DNA of 33,740 nucleotides from Klebsiella phage phiKp_30: sequence record LC768498.2; one strand, 5' to 3'. Shown piece by piece: positions 6,605 to 16,726 of this stretch (position 1 is its first letter; each line of letters starts with the position of its first letter). The notes under the pieces were generated by a model. It saw only the letters and a program-made list of their open reading frames with translations, ran no database searches and was not told where the DNA came from. The position numbers and the translations under genes were made by a program.

Positions 6605-8508
6605 TAAACTGGACGCAAGCGTTCAAACGAGATATTTACACGACGTGTTCCAGATGATGGAGCACTACCGAATGAAATACCGAAATAGGAAGTCCCCTTG
6701 GTACTATCCAGGTATCGAACGGTGGTTAGCCAATCCGGTACAACAGAAACAATACGATAATTTGTATCAGCAACCGCCTGCGGCAGCGAAAGTGTAAAAT
6801 CCCGTGTAGTACTATCCCCAGCTAAATTGTAAGTCTGTGTCCGGGAGACGATATAGCCCTGGGAGTTTCTAATCTGCGGGTCGGCAAGAGTAGCACCGCC
6901 GTAGCTAATTTTCCCATCCCCAGCTGAGTCCTGAAAAGCACATTCGCCAAGCATTAAGTTACCAATAGTACCAGAGCTACCCATGGCAATATCGTAACCA
7001 GCATTACCATAAAAAGTAGTTCCAGAGATATCAGGTTGGTAGCATCCCGACAAGTTTGATTGTAAATCGATACCGTTCCCGGTACTCGTTTTTACAGTAC
7101 CAGTCTCATTGTCAGTGTACGTCTGTTTTACACTGTTTGTAATGCTGCCACCCCTGATTTTAAAGCCTACAAAACCAGAGCAATAGATACCACTACCGCA
7201 GGCATCAATAGTTGGGTTAATAACAGAGCATCTTGTCAGGGAACCAAGGCTACCTACCCCAGAACGTTTACAGTTCCGAGCAGTTGGGTTGATTATGTGG
7301 CAATTATCAATCCCATTTTCACCCATGTAGAATCCGTCATGGCAGGCTACTGATACGCAATCTATAAACCGCGTATTGTAGCAACCATTCATATCACAGC
7401 CATTATCAACACATGACTCACAATAGGCGTTAGTGACGGTATGGTCTTTACATTTACCATTAGCAATTCCAATAAAACCTGCACGATATACCTTATCGTT
7501 GGTCGAACTACATCCTTGCGTTTGACCTAAAGTATCCGCTCTGAACTTGATACCGCTAGAGCCTGTGTCCCTGATATCATTGAATGCAGATTCATGGCGG
7601 AGGCAATTAGTCACATACTGCCCAGCCGCAGTTTCTACTGCCCCTCCAGTGATATCACGTATTGTTGAATTTTTGCAGAAGGTATCTTCACAGTTCTCAA
7701 AATACGCACCATAGCTATTGAAATCACGGATATCAACGCCATCAACACCTGCATTGGAAACACCAACAGCACTTATGCAGCGACGTATGGCTGACTGATT
7801 GGCGGAGTTACCCCTCAAACGCCCCTTTTTATTATTCCCTTTAATGACAGCACCATCTGACAAAATAAACATGCTCCCTGGTGCGTTGTCAGGGTGAGTT
7901 ACAGTGACATAGTCACTAATTCGTACAGTTATATTTTCCGGCACAACACTTGATGTCAGTAAGCAACTAACATCGACAATTACGACGCCAGTAGTTTCAG
8001 TCGCTTTAGCAAACGCTTTTGCAAAAGCCAGAGTCGCATCTGCGCCTTTTGTAACTTTGTAATCTGAAATACGAGCCGATGAATTATCAATATATTTCTG
8101 TACTGAAATATCAAGGGATGTGTTTACAATCGATGCTCCTGATGTCGGAGAGCTTTCAGACAGGGCAATAAATACGTTTGCTGGATCTATTTTTGACAAA
8201 TCAGCCCAATAAAACTGCCGTGCCCCATACGCATCATAAACCGCCATACTGAAGTTCTGTTTGGTGATGAACTTCATAATCTGGCCGTTATAGACCGGGA
8301 AGCCGCCGGCGTTAATGATGATTGGCTGTGAAACCTGAACTTCGGAGCCATCCTCATTAACGACATATACCGGGATTTGGTTGGCAGGATTTACCGGGTC
8401 AATGTCAGGGTTTCCGATGTAGATTTTCCCGTTCGCCACTGATTTAAATGCTCGTGGCGCCGAAAAAGGAGTGGACGGCATAGAGACAAGGTAATTGGTA
8501 TCAGTCAT
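6604..8508 (-). CDS. Tailspike protein: a P22-type N-terminal head-binding domain plus a divergent beta-helix receptor-binding domain.
   Basis: The N-terminus [55 protein letters not shown].. matches the conserved P22/Sf6/HK620 tailspike head-binding domain. The remaining roughly 520 aa is Gly/Ser/Thr/Asn-rich and beta-helix-like. SD GGAG is present. Confidence 0.8.
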   Translation of the reverse strand: MTDTNYLVSMPSTPFSAPRAFKSVANGKIYIGNPDIDPVNPANQIPVYVVNEDGSEVQVSQPIIINAGGFPVYNGQIMKFITKQNFSMAVYDAYGARQFYWADLSKIDPANVFIALSESSPTSGASIVNTSLDISVQKYIDNSSARISDYKVTKGADATLAFAKAFAKATETTGVVIVDVSCLLTSSVVPENITVRISDYVTVTHPDNAPGSMFILSDGAVIKGNNKKGRLRGNSANQSAIRRCISAVGVSNAGVDGVDIRDFNSYGAYFENCEDTFCKNSTIRDITGGAVETAAGQYVTNCLRHESAFNDIRDTGSSGIKFRADTLGQTQGCSSTNDKVYRAGFIGIANGKCKDHTVTNAYCESCVDNGCDMNGCYNTRFIDCVSVACHDGFYMGENGIDNCHIINPTARNCKRSGVGSLGSLTRCSVINPTIDACGSGIYCSGFVGFKIRGGSITNSVKQTYTDNETGTVKTSTGNGIDLQSNLSGCYQPDISGTTFYGNAGYDIAMGSSGTIGNLMLGECAFQDSAGDGKISYGGATLADPQIRNSQGYIVSRTQTYNLAGDSTTRDFTLSLPQAVADTNYRIVSVVPDWLTTVRYLDSTKGTSYFGISFGSAPSSGTRRVNISFERLRPV

Positions 8509-8574
8509 TTGATGTGCTCCGGGCGCAATTAATCCCCACAGCAGAGCTGCGGTATTCTTAGGTTAATCAACAAA

Positions 8575-8594
8575 ATAGACCACGGTGGTCTTAT
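8575..8594. promoter_or_regulatory. Omnt-like palindromic operator ATAGACCACGGTGGTCTTAT in the gp16-tailspike intergenic region. A palindromic -10 (ATCATATGAT) lies nearby.
   Basis: The core CCACGGTGG and the flanks closely match my recollection of the P22 mnt operator, AGGTCCACGGTGGACCT. The position matches the P22 immI control region between gene 16 and gene 9. Confidence 0.5.
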
Positions 8595-8890
8595 TGTGGA
8601 TACAAACAGTAGATCATATGATGCCGATCCACTTACAAAAGTGAGGCATCAAAATGGTATACGCTTCCCTTCCATCAGGAGCATACGTTTTTGTCGCTGT
8701 GGCGCATCCCGCGAGGAGCACGCATAAACATCCAACCATCACACCTTTTTTCATTATCTTCACCCAATAAAGTCACGGATTAGGATAATATAGTGATCAA
8801 AAGCTAATCTCTATGTCGATGCGAGGATTTATGGAAAGAGACCTATTGAACGCAGCATTCCTTATCTTTGGTATTGTGGTAGGGATGATG

Positions 8891-11284
8891 TTATTCGCTT
8901 AAAGCCTCTGATTTTGCTCCCTGGGCTACAGAGTTTAAGGCCCTCTCAACTTCAGAAAGTGCTTTTTCGAATGCAGTTGAACCGCGAGGGGTATTAGAAA
9001 GGCGCAGCATGGCGTTACGAACTGGCTCGCTTTCATACATCCTTGCCAACAACCCATATCCCCCACCAACGCCAACTAATGCCGGGTTTGTAGCCGTGCC
9101 AATCCCAAGAATAAAGGGTATTGTTTGCTGACCTGTAGGCGTTGTTACCGCAGCCTGTCCCGCCCGCTTGGTTGACTCAAGATAGTTCTTCAGCCCTTTC
9201 AGGTAGGCCGCATCTCGTCCTTTAAAAGCGATACCCGTCTGATTTGACATCATGTTTACCTGCCGCAGAAACTGGTCAGGAGAGCCACCCGATTTTTCCA
9301 TTGCCTTACCGATTATGCCATTACGCATCTGAGCGCGGCCAATCTGGCCTACGGAATTGTAGAGGTTCTGCACTTCAGATTTGTTCTTGCTGAATAGCAT
9401 GTTGTTGACAACTTCCGGAGTAAGATCGCCTTTCATGAGAACATTCTTCAGCCGGGTATTCTTTAGTTTCGCCGCTTCGTCAGCGTAGACGGCATTGGCC
9501 TGCTGATATTTACGGAGAGTATCGTTGCCAAGATTCTGACCAATGGCACCATTGATATCGTCGGTCATCGCCTTGTAAACGCGCTGAATGGCAGCATCGG
9601 AACGGTTTGGTAACACTGGTCGCTCACCCTTCACGTCCATTCTGAACTGGCTGCGCAGATCGCTTAATTGCTTCAAATCCAGATTTACCGGACCATCAGG
9701 ACCAGCATTGCGAACAAGCTCATCACGATATGACTGAAGTTTTGAAATTGTCTCGTTATCAGCTACCTTACCAAGCTTCTGCAGATTCGATATCTCAGTA
9801 TCAATCTGCTGAATTGCTCGCGCAGGCTGAATGTTTACTCCAGCCATAGCATTCTGAACCTGCTCCAGTCGATTACCGGCGGCACGACGAATTCCTGATT
9901 TTTTCGCTTTAAGGCTGTCAATAACAACCGCTGGATCATACTCACCAAATTTATCAGCAAATCTCTGCACCAACTGGCTTCTCGCTTCCTGTTGCGTTGC
10001 TCTCATTCCGCTTGTGCCAGCCAGAGGGATATTTTCTGCTGTAGTCTGCGCCATTTTTCCGACGCGGGAAGTTGGTTGTAACAGGTCTGTGGTGTGCAGA
10101 GGAACTCCTTCACGCTCTGCAAATCTGATAGCCTGCTGCGCTTCTGGTGCTATCGAACCACGAACACCACGATAAGCAGCACCTAATCCACGTCCGGCAG
10201 CGTTAATAGCACCGCCAGCCAGCACACCAACGCCTAAATCGGTGGCGAGTGCTTCCGCATCATCTTTCGCACTGTTTGCAGCAAGTGATCCAACTGCGTT
10301 TTCTGCTAGAAGGCGAGTTGCCCCCTGAGCAATTCGACCAGCAAGTGTTGGTGCCTGTGTTGCCGCTCTCTCAACGCCAGCAGGAGTGAGGTAAGGCAAT
10401 GCTTCAGCAAATACCCTACCTTCTGTCGTTTGTGGAGTCAGAGCGCCTTGCTGAAGTCCAAACGCCTGCTCTAATCCCTGAGTTGTTACTCGTGGCGCTG
10501 GTTGATATGTTCCATCACCAATGCCGAGTTTACCGCCAGCCCAAGCCGCCGCGCTTGTTACAGCATCAGTGAGTTCAGCAGGTATGTTCGCTACGTTGAT
10601 TCCTGCCTGTAGTAAGCCGCGCCCGGTTTCAGCAAGTCCATTGCCAAGGTCAGACATTATTCCGCCTTGCTGCTGAACAGGTTTCGGTGCGACAGAACTT
10701 ACGGGTTGAGGTGGCTGCTGACTGGCTGCCTGCTGCTCAATCTGAGCAAATGGATTATTTGGGTCTGACTGCACGCCTGATGCCGATACTTGTTCGGATG
10801 ACTGTGCTTCCAGTTGTGCAAACGGGTTGTTAGGGTCTTGCTGAGGATGTACCTTTGCAGAGGTGGCGCGCTGTTCGACTGTTGAGTCTGTCACCGGGTC
10901 ACCCGCCCATTGAGCAAAGCGATCATCAACGTAACCGCGGCCTTCAGGTCCTGGCGTATATTCACCACGCTTTGCCTTCATAACGTTGCCGGGACCGTCG
11001 TGATAAGCCTGAAGAGCGTCACGCCAGTTACCAAACTGCTGGTACATCTTTGCCAGATAGCGCGCGCCAGCGTCAGCCTGATATTCGGGGTTTTGCATTT
11101 GCTCATCGGTATAACCCATATCACGCCATGTCCCAGGCATGACCTGAGTCAATCCTACAGCCCCGGCGGAGCTTACTGCGGCAGGGTTGTAAGAAGACTC
11201 CTTGGCACCCAGTGCAGTCATCAACCCTTCTGGCACACCGTAACGTGCGCCAGCCTGCTCTAACAAATCACGGTAATTAGCCAT
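8891..11284 (-). CDS. Ejection/internal virion protein (P22 gp16-position) with an N-terminal lytic transglycosylase (SLT) domain.
   Basis: The N-terminus ..ESSYNPAAVSSAGAVGLTQVMPGTW..YLAKMYQQFGNW.. is the SLT catalytic-domain signature. It is the last and largest of the three ejection-protein genes after the gp7 and gp20 homologs. An internal duplicated segment DPNNPFAQ(L/I)E is present. Confidence 0.65.
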   Translation of the reverse strand: MANYRDLLEQAGARYGVPEGLMTALGAKESSYNPAAVSSAGAVGLTQVMPGTWRDMGYTDEQMQNPEYQADAGARYLAKMYQQFGNWRDALQAYHDGPGNVMKAKRGEYTPGPEGRGYVDDRFAQWAGDPVTDSTVEQRATSAKVHPQQDPNNPFAQLEAQSSEQVSASGVQSDPNNPFAQIEQQAASQQPPQPVSSVAPKPVQQQGGIMSDLGNGLAETGRGLLQAGINVANIPAELTDAVTSAAAWAGGKLGIGDGTYQPAPRVTTQGLEQAFGLQQGALTPQTTEGRVFAEALPYLTPAGVERAATQAPTLAGRIAQGATRLLAENAVGSLAANSAKDDAEALATDLGVGVLAGGAINAAGRGLGAAYRGVRGSIAPEAQQAIRFAEREGVPLHTTDLLQPTSRVGKMAQTTAENIPLAGTSGMRATQQEARSQLVQRFADKFGEYDPAVVIDSLKAKKSGIRRAAGNRLEQVQNAMAGVNIQPARAIQQIDTEISNLQKLGKVADNETISKLQSYRDELVRNAGPDGPVNLDLKQLSDLRSQFRMDVKGERPVLPNRSDAAIQRVYKAMTDDINGAIGQNLGNDTLRKYQQANAVYADEAAKLKNTRLKNVLMKGDLTPEVVNNMLFSKNKSEVQNLYNSVGQIGRAQMRNGIIGKAMEKSGGSPDQFLRQVNMMSNQTGIAFKGRDAAYLKGLKNYLESTKRAGQAAVTTPTGQQTIPFILGIGTATNPALVGVGGGYGLLARMYESEPVRNAMLRLSNTPRGSTAFEKALSEVERALNSVAQGAKSEALSE

Positions 11285-12616
11285 TTACTGCCCCAAAGAT
11301 GGAAGATATCCGTAGCGATTAATGAAGTCGATTGACAGCTCGGGGTGCTGCTTCAGGTAATCTATAGAAGCCTGAGGCGCTTCCACTCGCTTGATACCGT
11401 TTTGCTGAACGTACTTACCAACCGCCTCATTACGCTTCTGGTTGAGCGTGTTCAGGATGACGCCAGCGTTGCGACGAAAGGACTCCTCGCTCTGCGAGTT
11501 CTGCAGCGAACCAACAGCCTGGTCGAGCTTTTTGCCCTCGGCATCAGAAAGTGCGCCCATGCCTCGCATGGCCTGAACCGCTGTCAGGTATGCTTGTGAT
11601 TTAAAGGTATCAAGTCGTGCCTGAGTGTCTGCAGCCTGTGAGCCTGGAACGTTGGGGATTACTCCACGTAAGCCTGTAATGCTCTTAAGTGAAGGAGAAC
11701 TAACGATATCGTTCAGAGTGAACATGCTGGTTGTGAGGGTGTTGATGCCGTCTTTGTAGCCATCATTTAGCGCTTGCTGCTTCTGCTGCAACTGCTGGTT
11801 GTTGGCTGCTATGCGGCTCTGTATTTCCTGGCGCTTCAGGTCGTTAGTTTCTGCTGATAGCATCCGGTTAAGGCGCTTATTTTCGTTGTTAATGCGGTTT
11901 GTTTCTGCGTCCAGATTAATGCGCTGCTGACCTAAATTCGCCTGGATATCTTGCCCGCGCATTGTGATTGCCTGATTCCGAGCGGCGGTTTGCGAATCCA
12001 GATCCTGACCGCGCATGGTAACCTGGCGACCCTGCATTTTATCCTGTAGGTCAAAGTATTTTTCGGGTCCGAGACTGTTCATCCCCAGGTGATCGACAAA
12101 TTCGCCGAACTGCTGCGGGTTCTGTTGGTACATCTGAGCGACGTCCTGAGGATTAACGCCAACACGAGCTAACTCACCGGCGTTGTTTTGCAGCCATGAT
12201 TGCATTGCTTCTGGAGACGATGACGCAAGGCGTGCGCCAGCCGCTAAGGTTCCGATAGAATTGCGCTGGTCTTCATCAATGAATCCCATGCCTTTAAGAA
12301 CGGATTCAATCTGGTCTGGATATTGAGTAGCCAACTGACGCAAAGCACCGCGATCACCAGACGCATAAGCATTAGCGTATGCCTGCTGAAATTCTTTCTG
12401 CCGCTGAGCCTGCTTTTCCTGCTGAAACACCCCCGCAATACCTGAAAGGCCTTGTAAAGCAGTCAGCCCAATATTGTTAGAGCCTGAACGCTCAATATCA
12501 TTGTTCTGCCTGATAAGCTGAAGCGTATTGCCGATGTCATTTACGCTCGGAGCGTTTGAGTTGACGCCGCCGATACCAGCCAACAATCCGCCATTTGATC
12601 CTTGCCAAGTAGCCAT
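11285..12616 (-). CDS. Ejection protein, P22 gp20-like.
   Basis: A 443-aa Gln/Asn-rich coiled-coil protein between the gp7 and gp16 homologs. Assignment is by position and composition. Confidence 0.55.
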   Translation of the reverse strand: MATWQGSNGGLLAGIGGVNSNAPSVNDIGNTLQLIRQNNDIERSGSNNIGLTALQGLSGIAGVFQQEKQAQRQKEFQQAYANAYASGDRGALRQLATQYPDQIESVLKGMGFIDEDQRNSIGTLAAGARLASSSPEAMQSWLQNNAGELARVGVNPQDVAQMYQQNPQQFGEFVDHLGMNSLGPEKYFDLQDKMQGRQVTMRGQDLDSQTAARNQAITMRGQDIQANLGQQRINLDAETNRINNENKRLNRMLSAETNDLKRQEIQSRIAANNQQLQQKQQALNDGYKDGINTLTTSMFTLNDIVSSPSLKSITGLRGVIPNVPGSQAADTQARLDTFKSQAYLTAVQAMRGMGALSDAEGKKLDQAVGSLQNSQSEESFRRNAGVILNTLNQKRNEAVGKYVQQNGIKRVEAPQASIDYLKQHPELSIDFINRYGYLPSLGQ

Positions 12617-12625
12617 GATTACCCC

Positions 12626-13321
12626 TTAAAACAACGAGCCAAGCAATCCGATACCAGCACCAATGCCAGCGCCCCAAGGTGTTGATGTTCCCAAAAGGCT
12701 GGCAAGACCTGCGCCGGCAATCGCACCAGACGTTCCGCCACTAATTGCTGTCTGAAGACTTGATGGTTTGTTGGCATTAGCAGCGGCAAGTGCTGCGCTT
12801 TGCTGTGCAATGCTGCTCATGTTGTTGGCGTACGTCTGCCCGGCGTTTGCCTGACCTTGCAGCGCACCAAGCCCAACGTTTGCCAGATTGTTGTAATTGC
12901 TCATCTGATTTGATAACCAAGACTGACCGAGTGTCGGCGCGATCGTAGCCAGTTGATTGCTTGTGGCTGTCGAACCAAGGCCACCAGTCGCCTCCGCAGC
13001 AGCAAGACTCTGGTAACGAGCCTGACCTGCAAGGTCTTTATACTGCTGAGAGTTGTAATACTGATTAAGTGCCTGCCCCTGACCTTCTAAACTGGAAAGA
13101 TTCTGAAGCTGGTTAACATACTGCTCCGCAAGAGGCGTGAACGGAGCAAGGTTTTTCATGATCGTCTGCCACTGCTGATTTTGCAGGTCTGCTGCATACT
13201 TCTGAGCTTCTGCGGCATACTTTGCGCTTTTATCAGAGCTACCACCACCTTTCCCGCCTTTTTCAGGGCAATAAGGTTCCTCGCCGCGCAGTTTTCTGCC
13301 CAGCTTAAATGCATATAACAT
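12626..13321 (-). CDS. Ejection protein, P22 gp7-like.
   Basis: It is 231 aa (P22 gp7 is 229 aa), Gln/Ala/Gly-rich with a hydrophobic C-terminus, and follows the gp14-like gene. Confidence 0.55.
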   Translation of the reverse strand: MLYAFKLGRKLRGEEPYCPEKGGKGGGSSDKSAKYAAEAQKYAADLQNQQWQTIMKNLAPFTPLAEQYVNQLQNLSSLEGQGQALNQYYNSQQYKDLAGQARYQSLAAAEATGGLGSTATSNQLATIAPTLGQSWLSNQMSNYNNLANVGLGALQGQANAGQTYANNMSSIAQQSAALAAANANKPSSLQTAISGGTSGAIAGAGLASLLGTSTPWGAGIGAGIGLLGSLF

Positions 13322-13323
13322 GG

Positions 13324-13779
13324 CTATCTCCCGTGATTCAGGAAGTCGATTAGTTCTTCGCGTGTGGCGCTGTAAAACGTCACGTCATCCACGCCTTTGA
13401 AGTATTTCTTGATGGTTCCTACACGCTTAAGGCCAATCATTGCGCAGTACATCTGCCCGTGGCGGAATTTGCGTGCAGCGAACGATGTGACGCACTGAAC
13501 GGTGGTGTTAGTCAGAATGTATCGCCAGAACGCCAGCCCGATTTCCTTGCTGAATCCGCGAATCTCTGGCAGGTACATGGCGTGGCAATCGAATGTAAGC
13601 GGCTGAATCTCCTGATAGTAAACAATGCCGCCGAACTGCCCGTGCACGTTCACCTCAAAGTAACGGCAATCAGGTTTGTAGTCGTATCCATCACCGTTGT
13701 TGCTCCCGGCAATAATGTCAGGGTGATTTCCGACTGCTTCGATCAGGTCGATGTTTCGCGTTGGTTTGAACTGAATCAT
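13324..13779 (-). CDS. P22 gp14-like virion/ejection-associated protein.
   Basis: A 151-aa ORF between the tail needle and gp7-like genes. Assignment is by position. Confidence 0.45.
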   Translation of the reverse strand: MIQFKPTRNIDLIEAVGNHPDIIAGSNNGDGYDYKPDCRYFEVNVHGQFGGIVYYQEIQPLTFDCHAMYLPEIRGFSKEIGLAFWRYILTNTTVQCVTSFAARKFRHGQMYCAMIGLKRVGTIKKYFKGVDDVTFYSATREELIDFLNHGR

Positions 13780-14627
13780 TACTGCTCCGCGATTATCTTG
13801 ATGGTTGTGGCAGTAAACTCCGCACCATTTGACTGGATGGTTAACGTACTGCCATTTGCGGCAAGAAAGCCGTCTTTATCCACGCTGAAAAACGTAGCTA
13901 ACAGGATGTTATCGGTCGTTGTCGCCGAGTCGCGACTGCTTACCAGTGTGTCAGGAACAGAGCCGGAAAAGGTTAGCTGCATTGACCTGTTGGCGGTTCC
14001 GCTGGGCCACGCCCCGACGATCGACAGCTTGAAGAACAAGGTTTTGTTCTCGTTGAACACAACCATCTTGTTGTTAACAGTGTCGAAGAATGGTGCCAAC
14101 GTCCCGGATGACGGCGTGAGCGTTTTCAGCAGGCTAACAAGGTTGGTCGGCGCTGTCGGGATGGTTACTGATACGCCAGAGTAAACAACCTCTGACTTCT
14201 TTCGAGTAGTGGCATACTCCAGAGCATCGATGCGCGTTTCATGGTCTGAAACCTGCGATTCCAGCGACTGAACTCTGGTATCAAGCGACGCAATATCGCT
14301 TTCATTCTGCGCTATTCGTGTTTCATGTTCCTGAAGAGTTGATTCTGCCTGGCTGATTCGCTCCTCATGATTAACAAGCGTTGCTTCCGCAGCAGAAATT
14401 CGCTGCTCATGGTCAGCGAGAATCACATCCTGCTCATCGTTCCTGACCTGTGCATCATAAGCGCCCTGTCCGGCCTCGTTGGCCTTGTTAGCCACGTTAC
14501 CAACATCAGTGCCCTGTGCGATAACGTACAGCAGATACGACTGCGAGAAGATATTGCGTGGAAGGACTGATGTATCGAGCCGCGTAGCCTGGATGATTAC
14601 TGGCTCATTGAGATTCGAATCCGCCAT
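13779..14627 (-). CDS. Tail needle protein (P22 gp26-like) with an extended C-terminal knob domain.
   Basis: The N-terminus [68 protein letters not shown] closely matches my recollection of the P22 gp26 N-terminus. It is followed by a heptad coiled-coil ([23 protein letters not shown]..) and a roughly 120-aa C-terminal domain absent from P22 (Sf6-like knob). The start is at the internal ATG at 14627; the ORF track extends to 14729. Confidence 0.75.
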   Translation of the reverse strand: MADSNLNEPVIIQATRLDTSVLPRNIFSQSYLLYVIAQGTDVGNVANKANEAGQGAYDAQVRNDEQDVILADHEQRISAAEATLVNHEERISQAESTLQEHETRIAQNESDIASLDTRVQSLESQVSDHETRIDALEYATTRKKSEVVYSGVSVTIPTAPTNLVSLLKTLTPSSGTLAPFFDTVNNKMVVFNENKTLFFKLSIVGAWPSGTANRSMQLTFSGSVPDTLVSSRDSATTTDNILLATFFSVDKDGFLAANGSTLTIQSNGAEFTATTIKIIAEQ

Positions 14628-16045
14628 TACTCGATCCTTATCTGAGCACCAGACAGAGTGACAGGTGACTTCGTGATAACGCGCAATTTGAAGCTGACAT
14701 TTTTCCTGATGCGCCCTACTCGCTTCCACAAAACGCGTTTGTCGTAAACGAACGGTTCATTCTGCTCAATCATCTGCTCTTTTCCCCAATTGATGCCGTC
14801 AGTGGTTGCAGAGAGGAACAGGCGGTCAGCGTACTGAGCGACACCAGTCGATGATTCAACTTCCAGATCAAAACATCTGGCGTTCTCAGCTTTGAAGAGT
14901 GGTGTAAACAACAGGTGTTCTTGCTGTAGCCCATACTGGCTGCTGATATCGAACTGCAATTTGCCGGTCACGGATTCCAGCTTATCGCCGCACGTTATCT
15001 GATTGCCTTCGTAAATGAAGTCGATAGCGCGGTACACATCGTCATACAGGCCTGTTTTCAGTACACACCATTGCGGGCCATTGGCGCTTGAAGATGCGTC
15101 GTACACGAGGACGTGACGCGGAAGATGGATAATCAGCAACTCATGCGCATCAAACCGCAACGATTCCATCACGCCATCAGCCAGTTCATCAGCAGTGTAG
15201 GAGCGGAGGATTTTCTCAATGCTCGCGCTGGCGATTGGTGAAACCTGACCGGATCCGATGATGTAAACAGACGGCGCACCTGTTGCCGGATTGCTGATGA
15301 ACGCATACGAATCAGCAAATGGCGTCTTGCAGTAGGTTCCGGCAATGCCCTTCTGCACCATCAGTGATGGCTGTGCGACATACAAAGCGGCACCAACAGT
15401 TGTTGCACCTGTCAGGGAAAAATATTCAATCGTCGATGAACCAAAGCAGACGATGAAGTCTCGCCATGTCCCGATACCGATGATGCCGTCCGGCTGAGAC
15501 TCGGCACGATATTGTGCGCTGTAACGGTCAGGATGCGATTCGTCTTCAAGATCAGTGATGAACCATGAATCAGTACCGTCTTTTGACCACGCATAACGCC
15601 CACGTAAGCGCGTAATGTCGCGGACCGAGCCTAACTCATACTGCGTGAATCCGCTGTCTGTAGGCCAGTTTGAGACGGTTTTAACCGTGCCATCATAGCG
15701 GTATTCGACCAGTCGCCCGTTAACACCTACCGCCTGTGATGTCCGACCATGCGCCATTGATACGCGACCACTTCCGGCAACATCACCGACTTCACTTTCT
15801 CCTTTGTACAGCTTGCCGCCACACACACGATAAACAGCATTCTGCGCCATGTTGTACTCGACGCCGCGAGATACGCCGTTCACATCAGAACGTTTGGCAA
15901 TGCCCGGGAATGAACGAAGATATCCGCTGCTGTTGAGTATTTCTTTGGGTGTAGCCAACATATTCGCTGGCAGATAGTCGATATAGTCGGCGCTTCGAAA
16001 GTCTTTGCCGACACCTTTCATAAGCGGAAGTTGCTGAATCGGCAT
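14627..16045 (-). CDS. Tail hub protein (P22 gp10-like).
   Basis: It is 472 aa, the same length as P22 gp10, and lies between the gp4-like and gp26-like genes. Confidence 0.6.
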   Translation of the reverse strand: MPIQQLPLMKGVGKDFRSADYIDYLPANMLATPKEILNSSGYLRSFPGIAKRSDVNGVSRGVEYNMAQNAVYRVCGGKLYKGESEVGDVAGSGRVSMAHGRTSQAVGVNGRLVEYRYDGTVKTVSNWPTDSGFTQYELGSVRDITRLRGRYAWSKDGTDSWFITDLEDESHPDRYSAQYRAESQPDGIIGIGTWRDFIVCFGSSTIEYFSLTGATTVGAALYVAQPSLMVQKGIAGTYCKTPFADSYAFISNPATGAPSVYIIGSGQVSPIASASIEKILRSYTADELADGVMESLRFDAHELLIIHLPRHVLVYDASSSANGPQWCVLKTGLYDDVYRAIDFIYEGNQITCGDKLESVTGKLQFDISSQYGLQQEHLLFTPLFKAENARCFDLEVESSTGVAQYADRLFLSATTDGINWGKEQMIEQNEPFVYDKRVLWKRVGRIRKNVSFKLRVITKSPVTLSGAQIRIE

Positions 16046-16054
16046 TTATTCACC

Positions 16055-16516
16055 TCACGTACTCGGATCATCTTTCTCGATGTAAAACCGATTCCACGTA
16101 AACGCGCTTTTGTTACCACTACCGCGAGGCATGTCATTTCGCCGCTCAAGTGGTGGTATTTTGGTTAAAGCGATGCAGATTGTCTGATATGCACTGTCAG
16201 CAGCGGTAAGGAGAGCGTCTGACGGCTGAATGACGTTATCCATGCACACCTGCACAGCGAGCTTCAAAGCGACGCCATCATTTGCCCATGCAGGGATACC
16301 TGAATCATCGTCAGGTAACGGCATGATGCCGTTTTCTGTATCAGCAAACTGATATCCAAGCTCGATACCTTTAGCCTGCCATGCTGTCATCATGTCTTCG
16401 AGGTCATTAATGGCATCTTCAATTGCCTGAGGGTCAGCATCTGTCAACGTGGCATTGGAATACAGCCCGGCTTTTCGTAAAGCCTTAAGAACGAGATCAC
16501 CCTTCGTTTTCGCCAT
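16055..16516 (-). CDS. Tail accessory/head completion protein (P22 gp4-like).
   Basis: A 153-aa ORF downstream of the coat gene and upstream of gp10-like. Assignment is by position. Confidence 0.5.
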   Translation of the reverse strand: MAKTKGDLVLKALRKAGLYSNATLTDADPQAIEDAINDLEDMMTAWQAKGIELGYQFADTENGIMPLPDDDSGIPAWANDGVALKLAVQVCMDNVIQPSDALLTAADSAYQTICIALTKIPPLERRNDMPRGSGNKSAFTWNRFYIEKDDPST

Positions 16517-16685
16517 CTTCTTCCGCCTTAGCCACTTTATGCTTCGTTGCGGTTTCTTCAGGAGTTTTTACCCAGCCTTTTTTCAGGTGAGATTTAACTT
16601 CTTCGTCATCAACAATGATGTAATCGACAGCAAACCGACCACAGGTGATCATGTTGCCCGGCTTATAGAGCATTGTTCGTGCCAT
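16497..16685 (-). CDS. Hypothetical 62-aa protein (MARTMLYKPGNMITCGRF..).
   Basis: SD GGGAGAAG is present. The ORF-track start at 16724 overlaps the coat-gene terminator hairpin, so the ATG at 16685 is preferred. Confidence 0.4.
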   Translation of the reverse strand: MARTMLYKPGNMITCGRFAVDYIIVDDEEVKSHLKKGWVKTPEETATKHKVAKAEEDGENEG

Positions 16686-16696
16686 TGTCTTCTCCC

Positions 16697-16719
16697 AATA
16701 AAAATGGGGCCGAAGCCCC
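16697..16719 (-). terminator. Rho-independent terminator after the coat gene (GGGGC-TTCG-GCCCC, then ATTTTTATT).
   Basis: A GC stem with a TTCG tetraloop and T-run is read on the minus strand 8 nt after the coat stop. Confidence 0.6.
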
Positions 16720-16726
16720 ACCAAAA

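Noticed and set aside
13459..14184. Long antisense ORFs inside structural genes (e.g. 13459..14184 +, 16673..17572 +, 19025..19549 +, 21237..21701 +).
   Set aside because: They lie opposite well-supported, tightly packed minus-strand genes, have low-complexity or odd compositions and no start context. They are typical shadow ORFs.
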